Source: an uncultured Gemmatimonadaceae bacterium (GTDB taxonomy: Bacteria > Gemmatimonadota > Gemmatimonadetes > Gemmatimonadales > Gemmatimonadaceae). Taken from it: a stretch of DNA of 64,000 nucleotides. The notes beneath the pieces are model-generated. The model searched no databases and had not been told where the DNA came from. It worked only from the letters and a program-made list of their open reading frames with translations. Positions 1 to 10,284 of this stretch are shown piece by piece; positions within the stretch are counted from its first letter, which is position 1; the number at the start of each line of letters is the position of its first letter. Position numbers and translations under genes: made by a program. Location: assembly GCA_963761305.1 (NCBI GenBank), contig CAVXGK010000001.1, positions 1,472,001 to 1,536,000 of the forward strand. The letters run 5' to 3'.

Positions 1-204
1 CTTGGAAATTCGTGTTACACCGCGCGCGGAATTCTCAAGATTCGCGCGACCTCGCTTGCACGCTTTCGCACCAAACGTTAGGATAGGCGCCCACGCCTCG
101 GTGGCGTTTCATCGCCGGAACTCGTCTTCCGGATAAGCGCCCGGGTCGTTCTCCCTGATCGACCACCTCTCTCCGTCGCCCGATGTTGGGCGGTCCCCTC
201 GAGT

Positions 205-963
205 ATGCGGCGCGCAGCCCTCTCCGTACTCACGCTCGCTTTCGTGCTCTGCCTCAGCAACGTCGACGCCACGGATCCAGGTCCGCTGGCCCTGCGAGTC
301 CGGCACCGCGACAGCGCCGCCGGCTCACTCGTTTCATCGTCACCGCGCGTGAGCGAGACGATGGACGCGGCCGCGTTCAGTCTCTCGGACGGCGATCTCG
401 CCGACGTGAGACGACGCGTGCGGAACGAACAGGCGGGCACCTACATCGGAGACATCCTTCTCGAGCGCGACTCGTCGCTCGCACGGTGGCCGGACCGCGA
501 CGGCATTCCATTGTCCGTCTGGATCCAGCCCACCTCCCGCGTCCACGACTTCTCGAAGGCGTTCGTCGGGCGGGTCCGCGCCGCGTTCGAAGAGTGGGAC
601 GCGTTGCAACTGCCCCTGCGTTTCACGTTCGTCGATGACTCGGCCGACGCCGAGGTTCACGTGGCGTGGATCGACCGCTTCCACGAGCCGATCAGCGGGC
701 GGACCCGTTGGGCCCGCGACGACAATTGGGCGATCACGGACGCGAACATCACCCTCGCCGTCCACCACAATCAGGGCGAGCTCCTCGAGGACGACGCGAT
801 GCAGGCGATGGCCCTCCACGAGATCGGGCATCTGCTCGGCCTCGACCACACCACCGACACGACGAGCATCATGGCACCGCGAGTGCGCGTGCGCGCGTTG
901 TCGGCTGCCGACCGCGCAACGGCTCGACTTCTCTACGCGCTGCCGGCGGGACCGATTCGGTAG
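205..963 (+). CDS. Matrixin (M10/metzincin) family zinc metalloprotease, secreted
   Basis: N-terminal signal peptide; HEIGHLLGLDH zinc motif followed by Met-turn (SIMAP). Confidence 0.85.
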   Translation: MRRAALSVLTLAFVLCLSNVDATDPGPLALRVRHRDSAAGSLVSSSPRVSETMDAAAFSLSDGDLADVRRRVRNEQAGTYIGDILLERDSSLARWPDRDGIPLSVWIQPTSRVHDFSKAFVGRVRAAFEEWDALQLPLRFTFVDDSADAEVHVAWIDRFHEPISGRTRWARDDNWAITDANITLAVHHNQGELLEDDAMQAMALHEIGHLLGLDHTTDTTSIMAPRVRVRALSAADRATARLLYALPAGPIR

Positions 964-966
964 TTC

Positions 967-1797
967 GTGCGACGCGCTGACGGGCTGCTATTGGTGGTCG
1001 TCGGCGCGTTCGGTGCGTTCGTCGCCACGCAGCTCGCCGATCGCTGGACGAGCTCCGGGCCACAGCGCGTGGCGGAACTGGCCGACGCCAGCGGCGGATA
1101 CAACCTGCCGAAGCAGCGCCAGCCGGAGCAGACTCTTCAGCCGGATGACAATCAACGCGCCGACGTGGCGTCGACGGTCGTGTCGACGGGCGTGAGTCCC
1201 ACACCGCTACCCGCCAAGCGCGACGCCGAGGACGTTCTGTCGCGCATCAATTCGGCGACCGACACGTACATGCCGGACATGCTGCTCGATCTCCATGGCG
1301 TGCTGATCCGCTGGCCTGACCATCGAGAGCAGGCGCTGCGCGTCTGGGTGCAATCGGGCACCGACATTCGCGACTGGGATCTCCGCTACGCCCAAGTCGC
1401 GCGCGAGGCATTCGCCGACTGGGCGTCCGATGACGTGCCGCTGCGATTCGACTTCGTCATCGACTCGGCCACCTCGGACGTGCACATCTCGTGGATCGAC
1501 AAGTTTCCGCCGTCGGACGGGATGCGCGTCGGGTTCACGAAGCGCATCACAGACAGGAACGGCTGGATCGTGAACACGGACATCGTCGTCGCCGTCCACG
1601 ACAGCGCCGGTACGATGATTCGTCCGTGGGACATCGCCGGCATCGTGCGCCACGAAGCAGGGCACGCGCTCGGGCTCGGCCACTCTCGCGATCCGCACAC
1701 CAAGATGTACCCGACGGAGATGGTGCACGACATCTCGCCGTCGGACCGCGCGACGCTGCGGTTGCTCTACCAGTTGTCACCGGGCGCGGTCAGGTAA
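967..1797 (+). CDS. Matrixin family zinc metalloprotease, paralog of upstream gene
   Basis: HEAGHALGLGH motif, Met-turn (KMYP), N-terminal hydrophobic anchor; shares RWPD, W-x-Q and LLY-x-L-x-x-G blocks with 205..963. Confidence 0.85.
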   Translation: MRRADGLLLVVVGAFGAFVATQLADRWTSSGPQRVAELADASGGYNLPKQRQPEQTLQPDDNQRADVASTVVSTGVSPTPLPAKRDAEDVLSRINSATDTYMPDMLLDLHGVLIRWPDHREQALRVWVQSGTDIRDWDLRYAQVAREAFADWASDDVPLRFDFVIDSATSDVHISWIDKFPPSDGMRVGFTKRITDRNGWIVNTDIVVAVHDSAGTMIRPWDIAGIVRHEAGHALGLGHSRDPHTKMYPTEMVHDISPSDRATLRLLYQLSPGAVR

Positions 1798-1822
1798 TTC
1801 GCTCGCCGCGCGCGAGCGCGGC

Positions 1823-2968
1823 TCAGGGCAGTTCGGGCCAGGAGACCGTGAGCTTCCGGACCTTCTGCTGCCGAACGACCTGGAGATCCACCGAGCGGTC
1901 GGCCAGGCGACGCCCAACCGCATTCCGCAGCTCGCCAAGCGTGGTCACGGAGTCGTCGTCCGCGGTGACGATGACGTCGCCGCTGCGGAGCCCGGCGCGA
2001 AACGCCGGCGTGCCTTCCGGCACGGCGTTGACGAGCACGCCCTTCCTGATCTTGAGAGCCTTGGCGAGGTCTTCGCCGACGTTCGAGAGGCTCGCGCCGA
2101 ACAATCCGTTCGGCGAAAGGAAAAAGATCCGTTGACCGGCGAGCGCTCCGACTGTGTTGTCGAAACCGGCGCGGCCACCCATCCCACCGGCGAGCGCGCC
2201 GCGCGCCGCGCGGAACGTTCCGCCGCCCACCGAGGGTCCTTCACCGTCGCCGTCCCCGTCGGCAACCACGACGCCCGGACCCGGGAACCCGATGCGGAAA
2301 GCCTTTCCCATGTCTGCGCGGCGACGCGCGACCTCTTCCGGCGCCATGGCGACCGTGAGGGCATAGTTCCGCACTTCGCCGTCGCGGCGCACGGTGACTT
2401 CGACGTGTTTCCGCGGCGCGAGAATCTCGTTGAAGTTGAAGTCGTGGTTGATCAGGTCCACGCCGTTGTACCCGACGAGCAGGTCACCCGGTTCGATCCC
2501 GGCGCGATCGGCAGGCGAGCCGGGATCGACCGAGATGATCGGCTGATAGGCGAAGAAGCGATATCGAGTACCGGAGCTGTCGCTGATTATCAGCGACGGC
2601 CCCTGCGTGTTGAACCCGATCCAGCCCTTGGCGACGGGAATTGCGCGGAGCATCATCGCCGGCGGTCCCACGATGCCGCCGCGCATTACACCGAACCGCT
2701 TGTTCACGCTGCTCGCGATGAGCGTATCGAGCTGCGACGTCAGCATGATCCACGCGGTATTTCCCGGGCGCTCTTGTACGATCTTCGCCGCGATGAAGGC
2801 AATCGAATCCATGCGCCCCGGCAGGATGATGACGCGCTGCGTCACGGTCGAATCGCGACGCGCGGGACCGGCGCCGACACCCTGCGCCCGCGCCAGGCCG
2901 GCAACCGAGAGCACGGCGGCCGCGGCGCCGCCCAGAGTTTTCGTCAGGTTCTTCGAGGCGTTCGACAT
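1823..2968 (-). CDS. Secreted protein with two PDZ domains
   Basis: Signal peptide; two PDZ signatures (SVDPGSPADRAGIEPGD and AVPEGTPAFRAGLRSGD). Confidence 0.8.
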   Translation of the reverse strand: MSNASKNLTKTLGGAAAAVLSVAGLARAQGVGAGPARRDSTVTQRVIILPGRMDSIAFIAAKIVQERPGNTAWIMLTSQLDTLIASSVNKRFGVMRGGIVGPPAMMLRAIPVAKGWIGFNTQGPSLIISDSSGTRYRFFAYQPIISVDPGSPADRAGIEPGDLLVGYNGVDLINHDFNFNEILAPRKHVEVTVRRDGEVRNYALTVAMAPEEVARRRADMGKAFRIGFPGPGVVVADGDGDGEGPSVGGGTFRAARGALAGGMGGRAGFDNTVGALAGQRIFFLSPNGLFGASLSNVGEDLAKALKIRKGVLVNAVPEGTPAFRAGLRSGDVIVTADDDSVTTLGELRNAVGRRLADRSVDLQVVRQQKVRKLTVSWPELP

Positions 2969-2990
2969 CGCAACTCTACTCGTCTGTCCG

Positions 2991-3695
2991 TCAGTAATTG
3001 ATGAGGCGCATACTCGCCGGCGCCGCCGTGTTGATCATGCGGAGCGTGGCTTCGCGTTGTCCGACCGTCGTCAGGTAGTAGCCGTTGATGACGGGATCGT
3101 ACGGCGCTTCGGTGAGAGCCTGGTTCAGCACCTGCTGCGTGCGGTCCAGCGCGGCCAGACGCGTGCGCATCGCCGCCGGGCTGTCGATCTCCCGGCTGGT
3201 GGTGTCGTGCTGCGCGAGATACGCGGTGGCGTTCTGATAGAGCATCTGTGATTGCGTCTGCGCGGCGCGGGCTTCGTCGAGCGTCTGGAACCGCGGCGCC
3301 GAATCGATCTGCGCCACTCGGCTCGGCGACGACGACGCGCCGTCGCTAGCCGGCACGCCGGCCGAGAACCGTCCCGCCGCTACGCCTCCGGCAACCAGGG
3401 CGACCGCCGCGGCGGCTTGCAGCCAACCGGACTGCGGGCGGCGCGACCGCGAGACGAGACCGCTGCCCCGCCCCGTGTCGATGACGCCGTCGGCGAGCAG
3501 CGCCGGTCTCAGCGACTCCCAGTTCGTGAGCGGCGCGCCAATGCTGCGCGAGACCCCGGCGGCGAGCTGGCCGAGCTCGCGATGGACGGCACGTTCGCGC
3601 GAACAGTCGGCGCAGCCCGTGAGGTGGGCGAGCTCCGCCGCCGTCGGCGGCTCGTCGGCCAGGGCCGCAAGGCGTTCAGGTGACAGGTGCGACAT
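2991..3695 (-). CDS. Zinc-binding anti-sigma factor (ZAS, zf-HC2-like), single TM
   Basis: Start MSHLSPERL; HLTGCADC (HxxxCxxC) motif; TM segment WLQAAAAVALVAGG; directly downstream of ECF sigma. Confidence 0.75.
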   Translation of the reverse strand: MSHLSPERLAALADEPPTAAELAHLTGCADCSRERAVHRELGQLAAGVSRSIGAPLTNWESLRPALLADGVIDTGRGSGLVSRSRRPQSGWLQAAAAVALVAGGVAAGRFSAGVPASDGASSSPSRVAQIDSAPRFQTLDEARAAQTQSQMLYQNATAYLAQHDTTSREIDSPAAMRTRLAALDRTQQVLNQALTEAPYDPVINGYYLTTVGQREATLRMINTAAPASMRLINY

Positions 3696-4272
3696 GATCG
3701 GCTTCCTTGCTCGATAATCTGATATCTCTAATGGATTCCGAATCGACCAGGTGCGCGAGCAGTTTGCGCAGCTTGGTACGAGCCTTGAATAGTTGCGACT
3801 TGGATCCGCCGGTAGTGATTCCCAGCTCGGCGGCGATCTCTTCGTGCGTATACCCCTCGACATCGTGCATCAGAAACACGGTCCGTGCTCCCGGCGACAG
3901 CTTGGCGGCGGCTTCGTCGATCGACTGCGCGACAAAGGTGCGGTCGGTGTCCGGCTCGCTCACCGCGCTGTCCTCCTCGACCTCGGTTTCGATCGAGGCC
4001 AGCCGGCGCGTCTTGCGAAGCGCGTTCAGCGTCCGGTTGACCGCAATGCGGTGCGCCCACGTGCCGAACTGGGCGTCGCCGCGGTAGCTCGGCAGGGCTC
4101 GGAAGATCTGAATCCAGACCTCCTGGGCGATGTCGGCCGCCAGATCGAGATCGGGCCCGACCAGCCGGCGAACGACCATGTCGATGTGGGGCGCGTGCCG
4201 GGTCCACAGCGCCCGAAGCGCCGCCTCATCGCCGTTGATGGCCCGCCGAATGGTCGAGAGCTCGTGGTCCAT
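3676..4272 (-). CDS. ECF RNA polymerase sigma-70 factor
   Basis: Region 2 (DIAQEVWIQIFR...FGTWAHRIAVN) and region 4 (LMHDVEGYTHEEIAAELG...SKSQLFKAR); start at MDHEL chosen. Confidence 0.92.
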   Translation of the reverse strand: MDHELSTIRRAINGDEAALRALWTRHAPHIDMVVRRLVGPDLDLAADIAQEVWIQIFRALPSYRGDAQFGTWAHRIAVNRTLNALRKTRRLASIETEVEEDSAVSEPDTDRTFVAQSIDEAAAKLSPGARTVFLMHDVEGYTHEEIAAELGITTGGSKSQLFKARTKLRKLLAHLVDSESIRDIRLSSKEADHVAPVT

Positions 4273-4615
4273 GTGCGAAGAGTAGGTCACTGCCGAGCCG
4301 TCGAAGGTTTACGAATCCGCGCTCGGAAATCCGGCTCGTCTTTGTCCGATGTCGGCGTGGGGCAACCGCAAGCAGCGTCGTTACATCCCGTTATAACCTG
4401 TCGTCCTGCAACAGATCGGTACAATACGTCAAATTGCACCCTTGCGCTGGGGGAACATTCAGGCAATTGTGACGTACCCCACCTGGATCGGCCTAACCTG
4501 GGGTACCTACCTACGGCCGATACTTGGAGAAAAGACAATCCGTAGCTGGTTGCATACGACCTCGGCCGGTTCCGGACGAAGTCGTTGACGCTTTTGTCGG
4601 CCTCAACCCGTAGGT

Positions 4616-5899
4616 GTGTCGGTGCTTCTCCTTCTCGTTTCCGCGTTCCTCGCGTCGCACGACGGCGGCGGCCTTCCCATGAAGGCCCCCAAGAGCGTCG
4701 GCATGTCCAGCCAGCGGCTGGCGGTCGTCGATCGCGTCGTCCAGCGCGGGATTTCCGCCGGCGGCTATCCGGGGGCTGCGGTCGTGATCGGCCGCCGGGG
4801 CGCCGCCGTGTGGGAGAAGGGATTCGGGAAGCTGAGCTGGGAACGCAACAGTTCACCGGTTACCGCCGACCACACGATCTACGACCTCGCCTCGCTGACC
4901 AAGGTCGTCGGGACCACGTCCGCCCTCATGGTTCTGTTCGACGAGGGCAAGGTCTCGCTCGACGATCCGGTCTCGAAGTACGTACCCGATTTTTCGGGCG
5001 GCGAAAAGGACCGCGTCACGGTCCGCATGCTCCTCGAGCACCGGTCCGGCCTGCCGCCGGGACGCGACCTCTGGCGCATCGCCTCGACGCCGGCTGAAGC
5101 GCGCGAAGCGGTCATCCAGACGCCGCTCGCCTGCGAGCCCGGCCGCTGCTACGAGTACTCCGATCTGGGCGCCGACATGCTCGGCTTCGTCGTCGAAGCC
5201 GCGGCCGGCGAGCCGCTCGATCAGTTCGTTCACGAGCGCGTGTTCGCGCCGCTCGGCATGAACGACACGTTCTTCCGTCCCGCCGATTCGCTCAAGTCGC
5301 GCATCGCGCCCACGGAAGTCGCTCCTCCGCGCGGTTACCCGCTCCAGGGCGAGGTCCACGACGAGAACGCCTTCGCGCTCGGCGGCGTCGCCGGGCACGC
5401 GGGCTTGTTCAGCACGGCTGCCGACCTCTCGATCTTCGCGCAGATGATGCTCAACGGCGGCGAGTACGAGGGCACACGCCTCTTCGCCGACTCGACCGTC
5501 GCGCTCTTCACCAAACGCGCTGCCGGTACGCGCGCGCTCGGCTGGGACACCTGCGGCGGCGAAGGCAGCTGCGGCGACCACCTCGGCGAAGACGCCTACG
5601 GCCACACGGGCTTCACGGGCACGTCGCTCTGGATCGATCCCGACCGCGACATGTTCGTCATCCTGCTGACGAATCGCGTGCACGAAGCCCGCGCCAAGCG
5701 TCCGGCGAAGGTCATCGCCGACGTCCGCGCCGACCTCTCGGACGCCGCGGCACTCGCGGTGACGGACTACGGCACGCCGCCCGCCATGCCGGCCAGCTTC
5801 CGCGCCGACAAGGCCGTCGGCTGGAACCGCCCGATCCACACCGCGCGCCACCACTCGAAGAAGCAGACGGTGAAGAAACCGAGCGCGGCGAAGAAATAG
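4616..5899 (+). CDS. Serine hydrolase, beta-lactamase/AmpC-like family (possible peptidoglycan-recycling esterase/amidase)
   Basis: SLTK (SxxK), YSD and GHTGFTG motifs; GEVHDENA block; signal peptide. Confidence 0.88.
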   Translation: MSVLLLLVSAFLASHDGGGLPMKAPKSVGMSSQRLAVVDRVVQRGISAGGYPGAAVVIGRRGAAVWEKGFGKLSWERNSSPVTADHTIYDLASLTKVVGTTSALMVLFDEGKVSLDDPVSKYVPDFSGGEKDRVTVRMLLEHRSGLPPGRDLWRIASTPAEAREAVIQTPLACEPGRCYEYSDLGADMLGFVVEAAAGEPLDQFVHERVFAPLGMNDTFFRPADSLKSRIAPTEVAPPRGYPLQGEVHDENAFALGGVAGHAGLFSTAADLSIFAQMMLNGGEYEGTRLFADSTVALFTKRAAGTRALGWDTCGGEGSCGDHLGEDAYGHTGFTGTSLWIDPDRDMFVILLTNRVHEARAKRPAKVIADVRADLSDAAALAVTDYGTPPAMPASFRADKAVGWNRPIHTARHHSKKQTVKKPSAAKK

Positions 5900-5972
5900 G
5901 TAGACCGGTGGATCGGAAACACCTGCGGCGACGCTAAACGCGTCGCCGTTTTGTTTACTCGGCTCGCGCAGC

Positions 5973-7145
5973 CTAGAACAGGTAGCCAAGGCCGATGTAG
6001 ATCGCCGCGGCCGATTGCGACGAGTGCCCGACATCGGTCGAGATCACGAAGCTCGGGCCGAAAGCGAGCCGCACCCCGCCGCCGTACCCCGCGTGAAGTT
6101 CGCTCAGCGCCGTCGAGAGATCCACTCCGTCGCTCCACACGCGGCCCGCGTCTACAAAACCGCTCAGGATCAACGACGACTGTCGTCCGATCAAACCGAA
6201 GTCAGCGGCCCGCCAGCGAAGCTCGTTGTTCGACACGAGCATTCCCTTCCCCACGTAGCGGTCCTTGGGAATTCCGCGAATGGTGCTCGTACCGCCGAGT
6301 CCGTCCTGCGATTTCTGCGTCGTCGCCAGCTCACTCAACGAATAGAACGGCGCGTCGCCGATCGTGTTCTGCAGCACGAGTCGATTCGCGACCGTGACGC
6401 GGCCGCCGAACGGTTGGTAGTGTCGGACCGCGGCGGTCCATCGCGTGTAGTTCCACGACGCGCCGAGCTTCGTGTCGACGCGCTGCACTAGCAGGTCGGC
6501 CCACGTGCCTGACGTCGTACCGATCTCGCGGTCGCGCGTGTCCCACGTGAGTCCGGCGCGCAGGTAGTTCGTGCGCGTCGACCCGGGCTGCAGGCCGTTC
6601 AAATCGTGCTCGATGAGCGTTGACCCGCTATCGAACGGCGTCAGGTCCACTTTCTCCGAGGACGCACCCGCGCCGATCAGATACCGGAGGGACGGCCTGC
6701 CGAGCGTGTGCTGGACGTCCACCGAGGCGCGAAGTCGATCGAGACCGTAGCGGTAGTAGTAGCGCGTGGCGCCCGTCTCGAGCGTCGCGTCGAACGGCGT
6801 TTCGTTGCCGATTCCATAATACGGCGCGGCAAGCTGCTGCTCGCGTCCGGCGTACGCCGTGACGCGCCACGGCCGCGTGTCGGTGGACAGCGCGTCGAAG
6901 AAGACGGTGTAGTCGCGGCGTCCGCGCGTCGTGAGGAATACGGTCGGCTGGAGAGTCCAAGTGTACGCGGTCGATCCGGGCTCGTACTTGTAGAGCGCGA
7001 GGACCGCACCGTAGCCGAAGCCCTCGTCGGCGTCGAAGTTGAGGGCGGGGACGCCGGAGACCTCGACGCCTCGGGGGAGTTGGGCCTCGAGGGCCGGGGC
7101 CGACGCTGTGGCAAGGGCGAGAAAGGCGAGGGCGGGCTTGAGCAT
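5973..7145 (-). CDS. Omp85/BamA-family beta-barrel outer-membrane protein without evident POTRA domains
   Basis: Signal peptide MLKPALAFL; IRGIPKDRY (VRGF-like) motif; NELRW; C-terminal GLGYLF. Confidence 0.8.
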   Translation of the reverse strand: MLKPALAFLALATASAPALEAQLPRGVEVSGVPALNFDADEGFGYGAVLALYKYEPGSTAYTWTLQPTVFLTTRGRRDYTVFFDALSTDTRPWRVTAYAGREQQLAAPYYGIGNETPFDATLETGATRYYYRYGLDRLRASVDVQHTLGRPSLRYLIGAGASSEKVDLTPFDSGSTLIEHDLNGLQPGSTRTNYLRAGLTWDTRDREIGTTSGTWADLLVQRVDTKLGASWNYTRWTAAVRHYQPFGGRVTVANRLVLQNTIGDAPFYSLSELATTQKSQDGLGGTSTIRGIPKDRYVGKGMLVSNNELRWRAADFGLIGRQSSLILSGFVDAGRVWSDGVDLSTALSELHAGYGGGVRLAFGPSFVISTDVGHSSQSAAAIYIGLGYLF

Positions 7146-7334
7146 GGGAGGCTCGCGGACTGAGAGATTCATTCGACAGAGGGCGCGACACGAGACAGTC
7201 GACTGCGAGCACACGATGGCCCCGACCGGGAGTGACAACCATGCGCGTGCTGACGTAGGGCCCGGCGCGGATTGACGTAGGCGCGGTCGCCTCGAAGCCT
7301 TGCTGCCCCCTCGGCCCGCCTCGATGTTTCGCGT

Positions 7335-7736
7335 ATGACTCGGGCAAACGACTCGAACGCACCGGACGACACCGAGACGCCGACGGCGCCGACGATTCCC
7401 CCCGCCGACGCAAAGCCGGCCGACGCCGCGGCGGATGCCCCGCCGAGCGCGGACCAGGTCAGGCTCATGCTCCGCAAGGTCAAGGATCCGGAGCTCAACC
7501 TGAACATCGTCGACCTCGGTCTCGTCTACGAGGTACGCGTCGACGACGGCGTCGTGGCGATCGACATGACCCTCACGTCGCCCGGGTGCCCCGCGGGCCC
7601 GCAGATCATGACCGAAATCGAGCGCGTCGTGCGCGCGATAGCGGGCGTCGAAGACGTGGTGCTCAACCTGATCTGGACGCCGTTCTGGACGCCGGATCGG
7701 ATCGAGCCGCGCGTCCGCGCCTACATGGGCTTGTGA
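7335..7736 (+). CDS. Metal-sulfur cluster assembly factor (DUF59/SufT/PaaD-like)
   Basis: DPELNLNIVDLGLVY and MTLTSPGCP motifs. Confidence 0.9.
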   Translation: MTRANDSNAPDDTETPTAPTIPPADAKPADAAADAPPSADQVRLMLRKVKDPELNLNIVDLGLVYEVRVDDGVVAIDMTLTSPGCPAGPQIMTEIERVVRAIAGVEDVVLNLIWTPFWTPDRIEPRVRAYMGL

Positions 7737-8890
7737 GACCCGGCTTTCGCCGGCAGGGCCTTTAGAAAATCCTCACCGAGCACGCCGCGCTGCCACGTGC
7801 GGAGCTCGCGCACTTCCGCCAACTCCTCGCGCGACGAGGGGTTCTTGCGGGCCACCGCCTCGAGACGTTCACGCGCGCAGAGCACGCCCGGGTCGAGATC
7901 GAGCCGCGTGGCCGCGGCGTCGCGCACCACCTTGAGCGCCGCCACGCGCGAGTCGAAGTCCGGATCGCGGTCCCACCGCGGCGCTTTCGGAAACTTGGGG
8001 AGCGCGTTCTCGGGGACGGCCACCCCGCGCACGACCGCGTCGATCATCTCACGGCCGCGCGCTTCGATCATTCCGCGCGGCACGCCCTTGATGCTCGACA
8101 GCTGATCGACGCTCGGCGGCTGACGCCTGGCGATCTCGAGCAGTTGCTCGTTGCCGACGATGCGGAACGTCGCACGATCGAGCTGACGCGCGACCCCATC
8201 GCGCCATTGCACAAGCTCGCGCAGCACCGCGAGCTCGCGCCGCGAGAGATCTCGCGCGCCCTTGATGCGAAGAAACGAGTCGCCGGCGTCGTCGTCGGAC
8301 CACCGCGTTCCCTCGAGGAGCGCGAACTCCTCGCGCGCCCAGTCGAGTCGCCCGGCACGCTCGAGCTCGTGTTCGAGACGATCGCGCAGCTCGAGCAGAT
8401 GAATCGTGTCCTGCGCGGCGTAGTCCAGCATGCCTTGCGGGAGCGGCCTCATGGACCAGTCCGCTCGCTGGTGTTTCTTGTCCAGCTTCACACCGAAGTA
8501 CCGGTCGAGCAGCGCCGCCAATCCGAACGCGCGAAGGCCGAGCAGCTGGGCCGCCACGCGCGTGTCGAAGATGTTTCGCACGTGCCATTTGTAATCCTGC
8601 TGCAGGAGCCGCAGGTCGTAGTCCGCGTCGTGAAAAACGATCTCGATCGCGGGGTCCTCCAGCAGCCGCCCGAGCGCCGCGGGCCGGCCGATGGGTATGG
8701 GGTCGATTATCGCCGTGCGTTCGCGGGTCGAGAGTTGCAACAGGTAGATTCGATCCACGAATCGGTGGAAGCTGGCGCCCTCGGTATCCAGGGCGATGCT
8801 TCTCGATTCGACCGAACCGGCGGAGGGATGTATCGCGGCGAGAAAGGAGTCGACGGTTTCCGGCGTGTCGAGATAGACGGGCGTATGCAC
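7721..8890 (-). CDS. rnd: Ribonuclease D (3'-5' exonuclease plus HRDC)
   Basis: ALDTE, HDADYDL, FDTRVAA, DWSMRPL and YAAQD DEDD motifs; HRDC region. Confidence 0.9.
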   Translation of the reverse strand: MHTPVYLDTPETVDSFLAAIHPSAGSVESRSIALDTEGASFHRFVDRIYLLQLSTRERTAIIDPIPIGRPAALGRLLEDPAIEIVFHDADYDLRLLQQDYKWHVRNIFDTRVAAQLLGLRAFGLAALLDRYFGVKLDKKHQRADWSMRPLPQGMLDYAAQDTIHLLELRDRLEHELERAGRLDWAREEFALLEGTRWSDDDAGDSFLRIKGARDLSRRELAVLRELVQWRDGVARQLDRATFRIVGNEQLLEIARRQPPSVDQLSSIKGVPRGMIEARGREMIDAVVRGVAVPENALPKFPKAPRWDRDPDFDSRVAALKVVRDAAATRLDLDPGVLCARERLEAVARKNPSSREELAEVRELRTWQRGVLGEDFLKALPAKAGSHKPM

Positions 8891-8911
8891 GCTGGCAATT
8901 TAACCGGCACG

Positions 8912-9868
8912 GTGCTGCCGCTGATCCGGCGTTTCTCCGCGCTCGCCAACGTTCCGCGCGTGGTGCTGGCGAACGGACCGACGCGCGTCGACCACGCGTC
9001 CAGCGTGAACCCCAACCTCTGGATCAAACGCGACGACATGTTCGCCGACCCGCTCGGCGGCAACAAGGCGCGCGCTCTCGAGTTCCTGCTGGGCAACGTG
9101 CTGCCCAACGACTTGGTGGTCACTGTCGGGGCCGAGGGGTCGACGCACGTGCTGTCGGTCGCGATGTACGGCCGCCGCCTTGGCGCGCACGTCGCCGCGG
9201 GGCGTTGGCGACAAATCATGAACCCGACCGCGGCCCGCGTTTCGGCGCTCACGTCCCGCCTCGCCGACGAGGCGCCCATGTTTCGCTCGATCGCCGGAGC
9301 ATATGCGTGGGCTTGGCGCCGGCGTCGCACACCCAATGCCCGATGGATCGCCGCCGGGGGCGCGACCCCGCTGGGTGTCCTGGGACACGTGAACGCCGGG
9401 TTGGAGCTGGTCGATCAAATAGATGGCGGCGAACTACCGCCGCCCGCGTGCGTCGTCGTTCCGTTCGGTACGGGAGCGACGTCGGCAGGACTCGCGCTCG
9501 CGTTCGCGATCGCCGGCCTGAAGACGACGGTGGTCGGGGTACGGGTGGTCTCGCTCGTCGTCGGGCGCCGCGCGCGGGCGCGCCGTCTCGCGTCGGACGC
9601 GGCGAGGTTCATCGAAGGGATGGTGGGACGCCGATTGCCGCGCGTCGCCAGAGACGGGCTGCACGTCGTACACGGCGCCTTCGGGGGCGGCTACGGACGC
9701 GAAACGGAGACGGCTCGCGCGACGGCGCTGCATCTGCGCGACCTCACCGGTATCGAGCTCGACGCGACGTACTCGGCAAAAGCGTTCCATGTCGCGATGG
9801 ATCTCGCTCGACACAGCCCGACCCTGTTCTGGTTAACGTTCGACTCTCGCGCACTCAACACACAATGA
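8912..9868 (+). CDS. PLP-dependent D-cysteine desulfhydrase/ACC deaminase family enzyme
   Basis: LWIKRDD...GGNKARALEF PLP-lysine motif, GTGAT, LDATYSAK; GTG start inferred. Confidence 0.8.
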   Translation: MLPLIRRFSALANVPRVVLANGPTRVDHASSVNPNLWIKRDDMFADPLGGNKARALEFLLGNVLPNDLVVTVGAEGSTHVLSVAMYGRRLGAHVAAGRWRQIMNPTAARVSALTSRLADEAPMFRSIAGAYAWAWRRRRTPNARWIAAGGATPLGVLGHVNAGLELVDQIDGGELPPPACVVVPFGTGATSAGLALAFAIAGLKTTVVGVRVVSLVVGRRARARRLASDAARFIEGMVGRRLPRVARDGLHVVHGAFGGGYGRETETARATALHLRDLTGIELDATYSAKAFHVAMDLARHSPTLFWLTFDSRALNTQ

Positions 9869-10284
9869 CCGTTACCGCACTGCCGGAAGTCACGTTCCAC
9901 ATCTATCCGACCGACTGCGACATGCTCGGGCACTTGAACCACGCGTCGATGCTCGGATTTCTCGAGCGGGCGCGGTGGGCCCTGCTCGAGCCTCAGATCG
10001 ACGTGAGAGAATACTCGAGGCTGCCTGTGTACTCGGTGGTGCGGCACGTCGACATCGGCTATCTCGCGCAGTCGCTGCCGGGCGAGAACCTGGTGATTCG
10101 GTCCGGACTCCTCGCCATCAAGCGCACCAGCTACATCATCAGGCAGGAAGTGCGGAAGCTCGGCAGCGAGACGCTGGTCGCCGAGGCGTCGATCGTGTTC
10201 GTGGCGATCAACCAGCAGGGTGAGCCGGTGCCGGTGCCGGACACCTGGCGGGAGTGGCTGCCCGCCTGGCCGGAGCCGGAGTGA
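9865..10284 (+). CDS. Acyl-CoA thioesterase (4HBT/YbgC hotdog family)
   Basis: DCDMLGHLNHASML...ERARW motif; ATGA overlap with upstream stop. Confidence 0.88.
   Translation: MTVTALPEVTFHIYPTDCDMLGHLNHASMLGFLERARWALLEPQIDVREYSRLPVYSVVRHVDIGYLAQSLPGENLVIRSGLLAIKRTSYIIRQEVRKLGSETLVAEASIVFVAINQQGEPVPVPDTWREWLPAWPEPE

Noticed and set aside
4474..4506. 8-bp inverted repeat (GTACCCCA/TGGGGTAC) in the sigma/hydrolase divergent region
   Set aside because: Single short occurrence; cannot be distinguished from chance or assigned to a riboswitch or operator.
4616..5899. Beta-lactamase resistance gene
   Set aside because: Motifs fit the broad serine-hydrolase family; nothing specifically indicates beta-lactam hydrolysis.
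8144..8911. N-terminal 256-aa extension of the PLP enzyme ORF
   Set aside because: Overlaps rnd antisense; family similarity only begins near GTG 8912.
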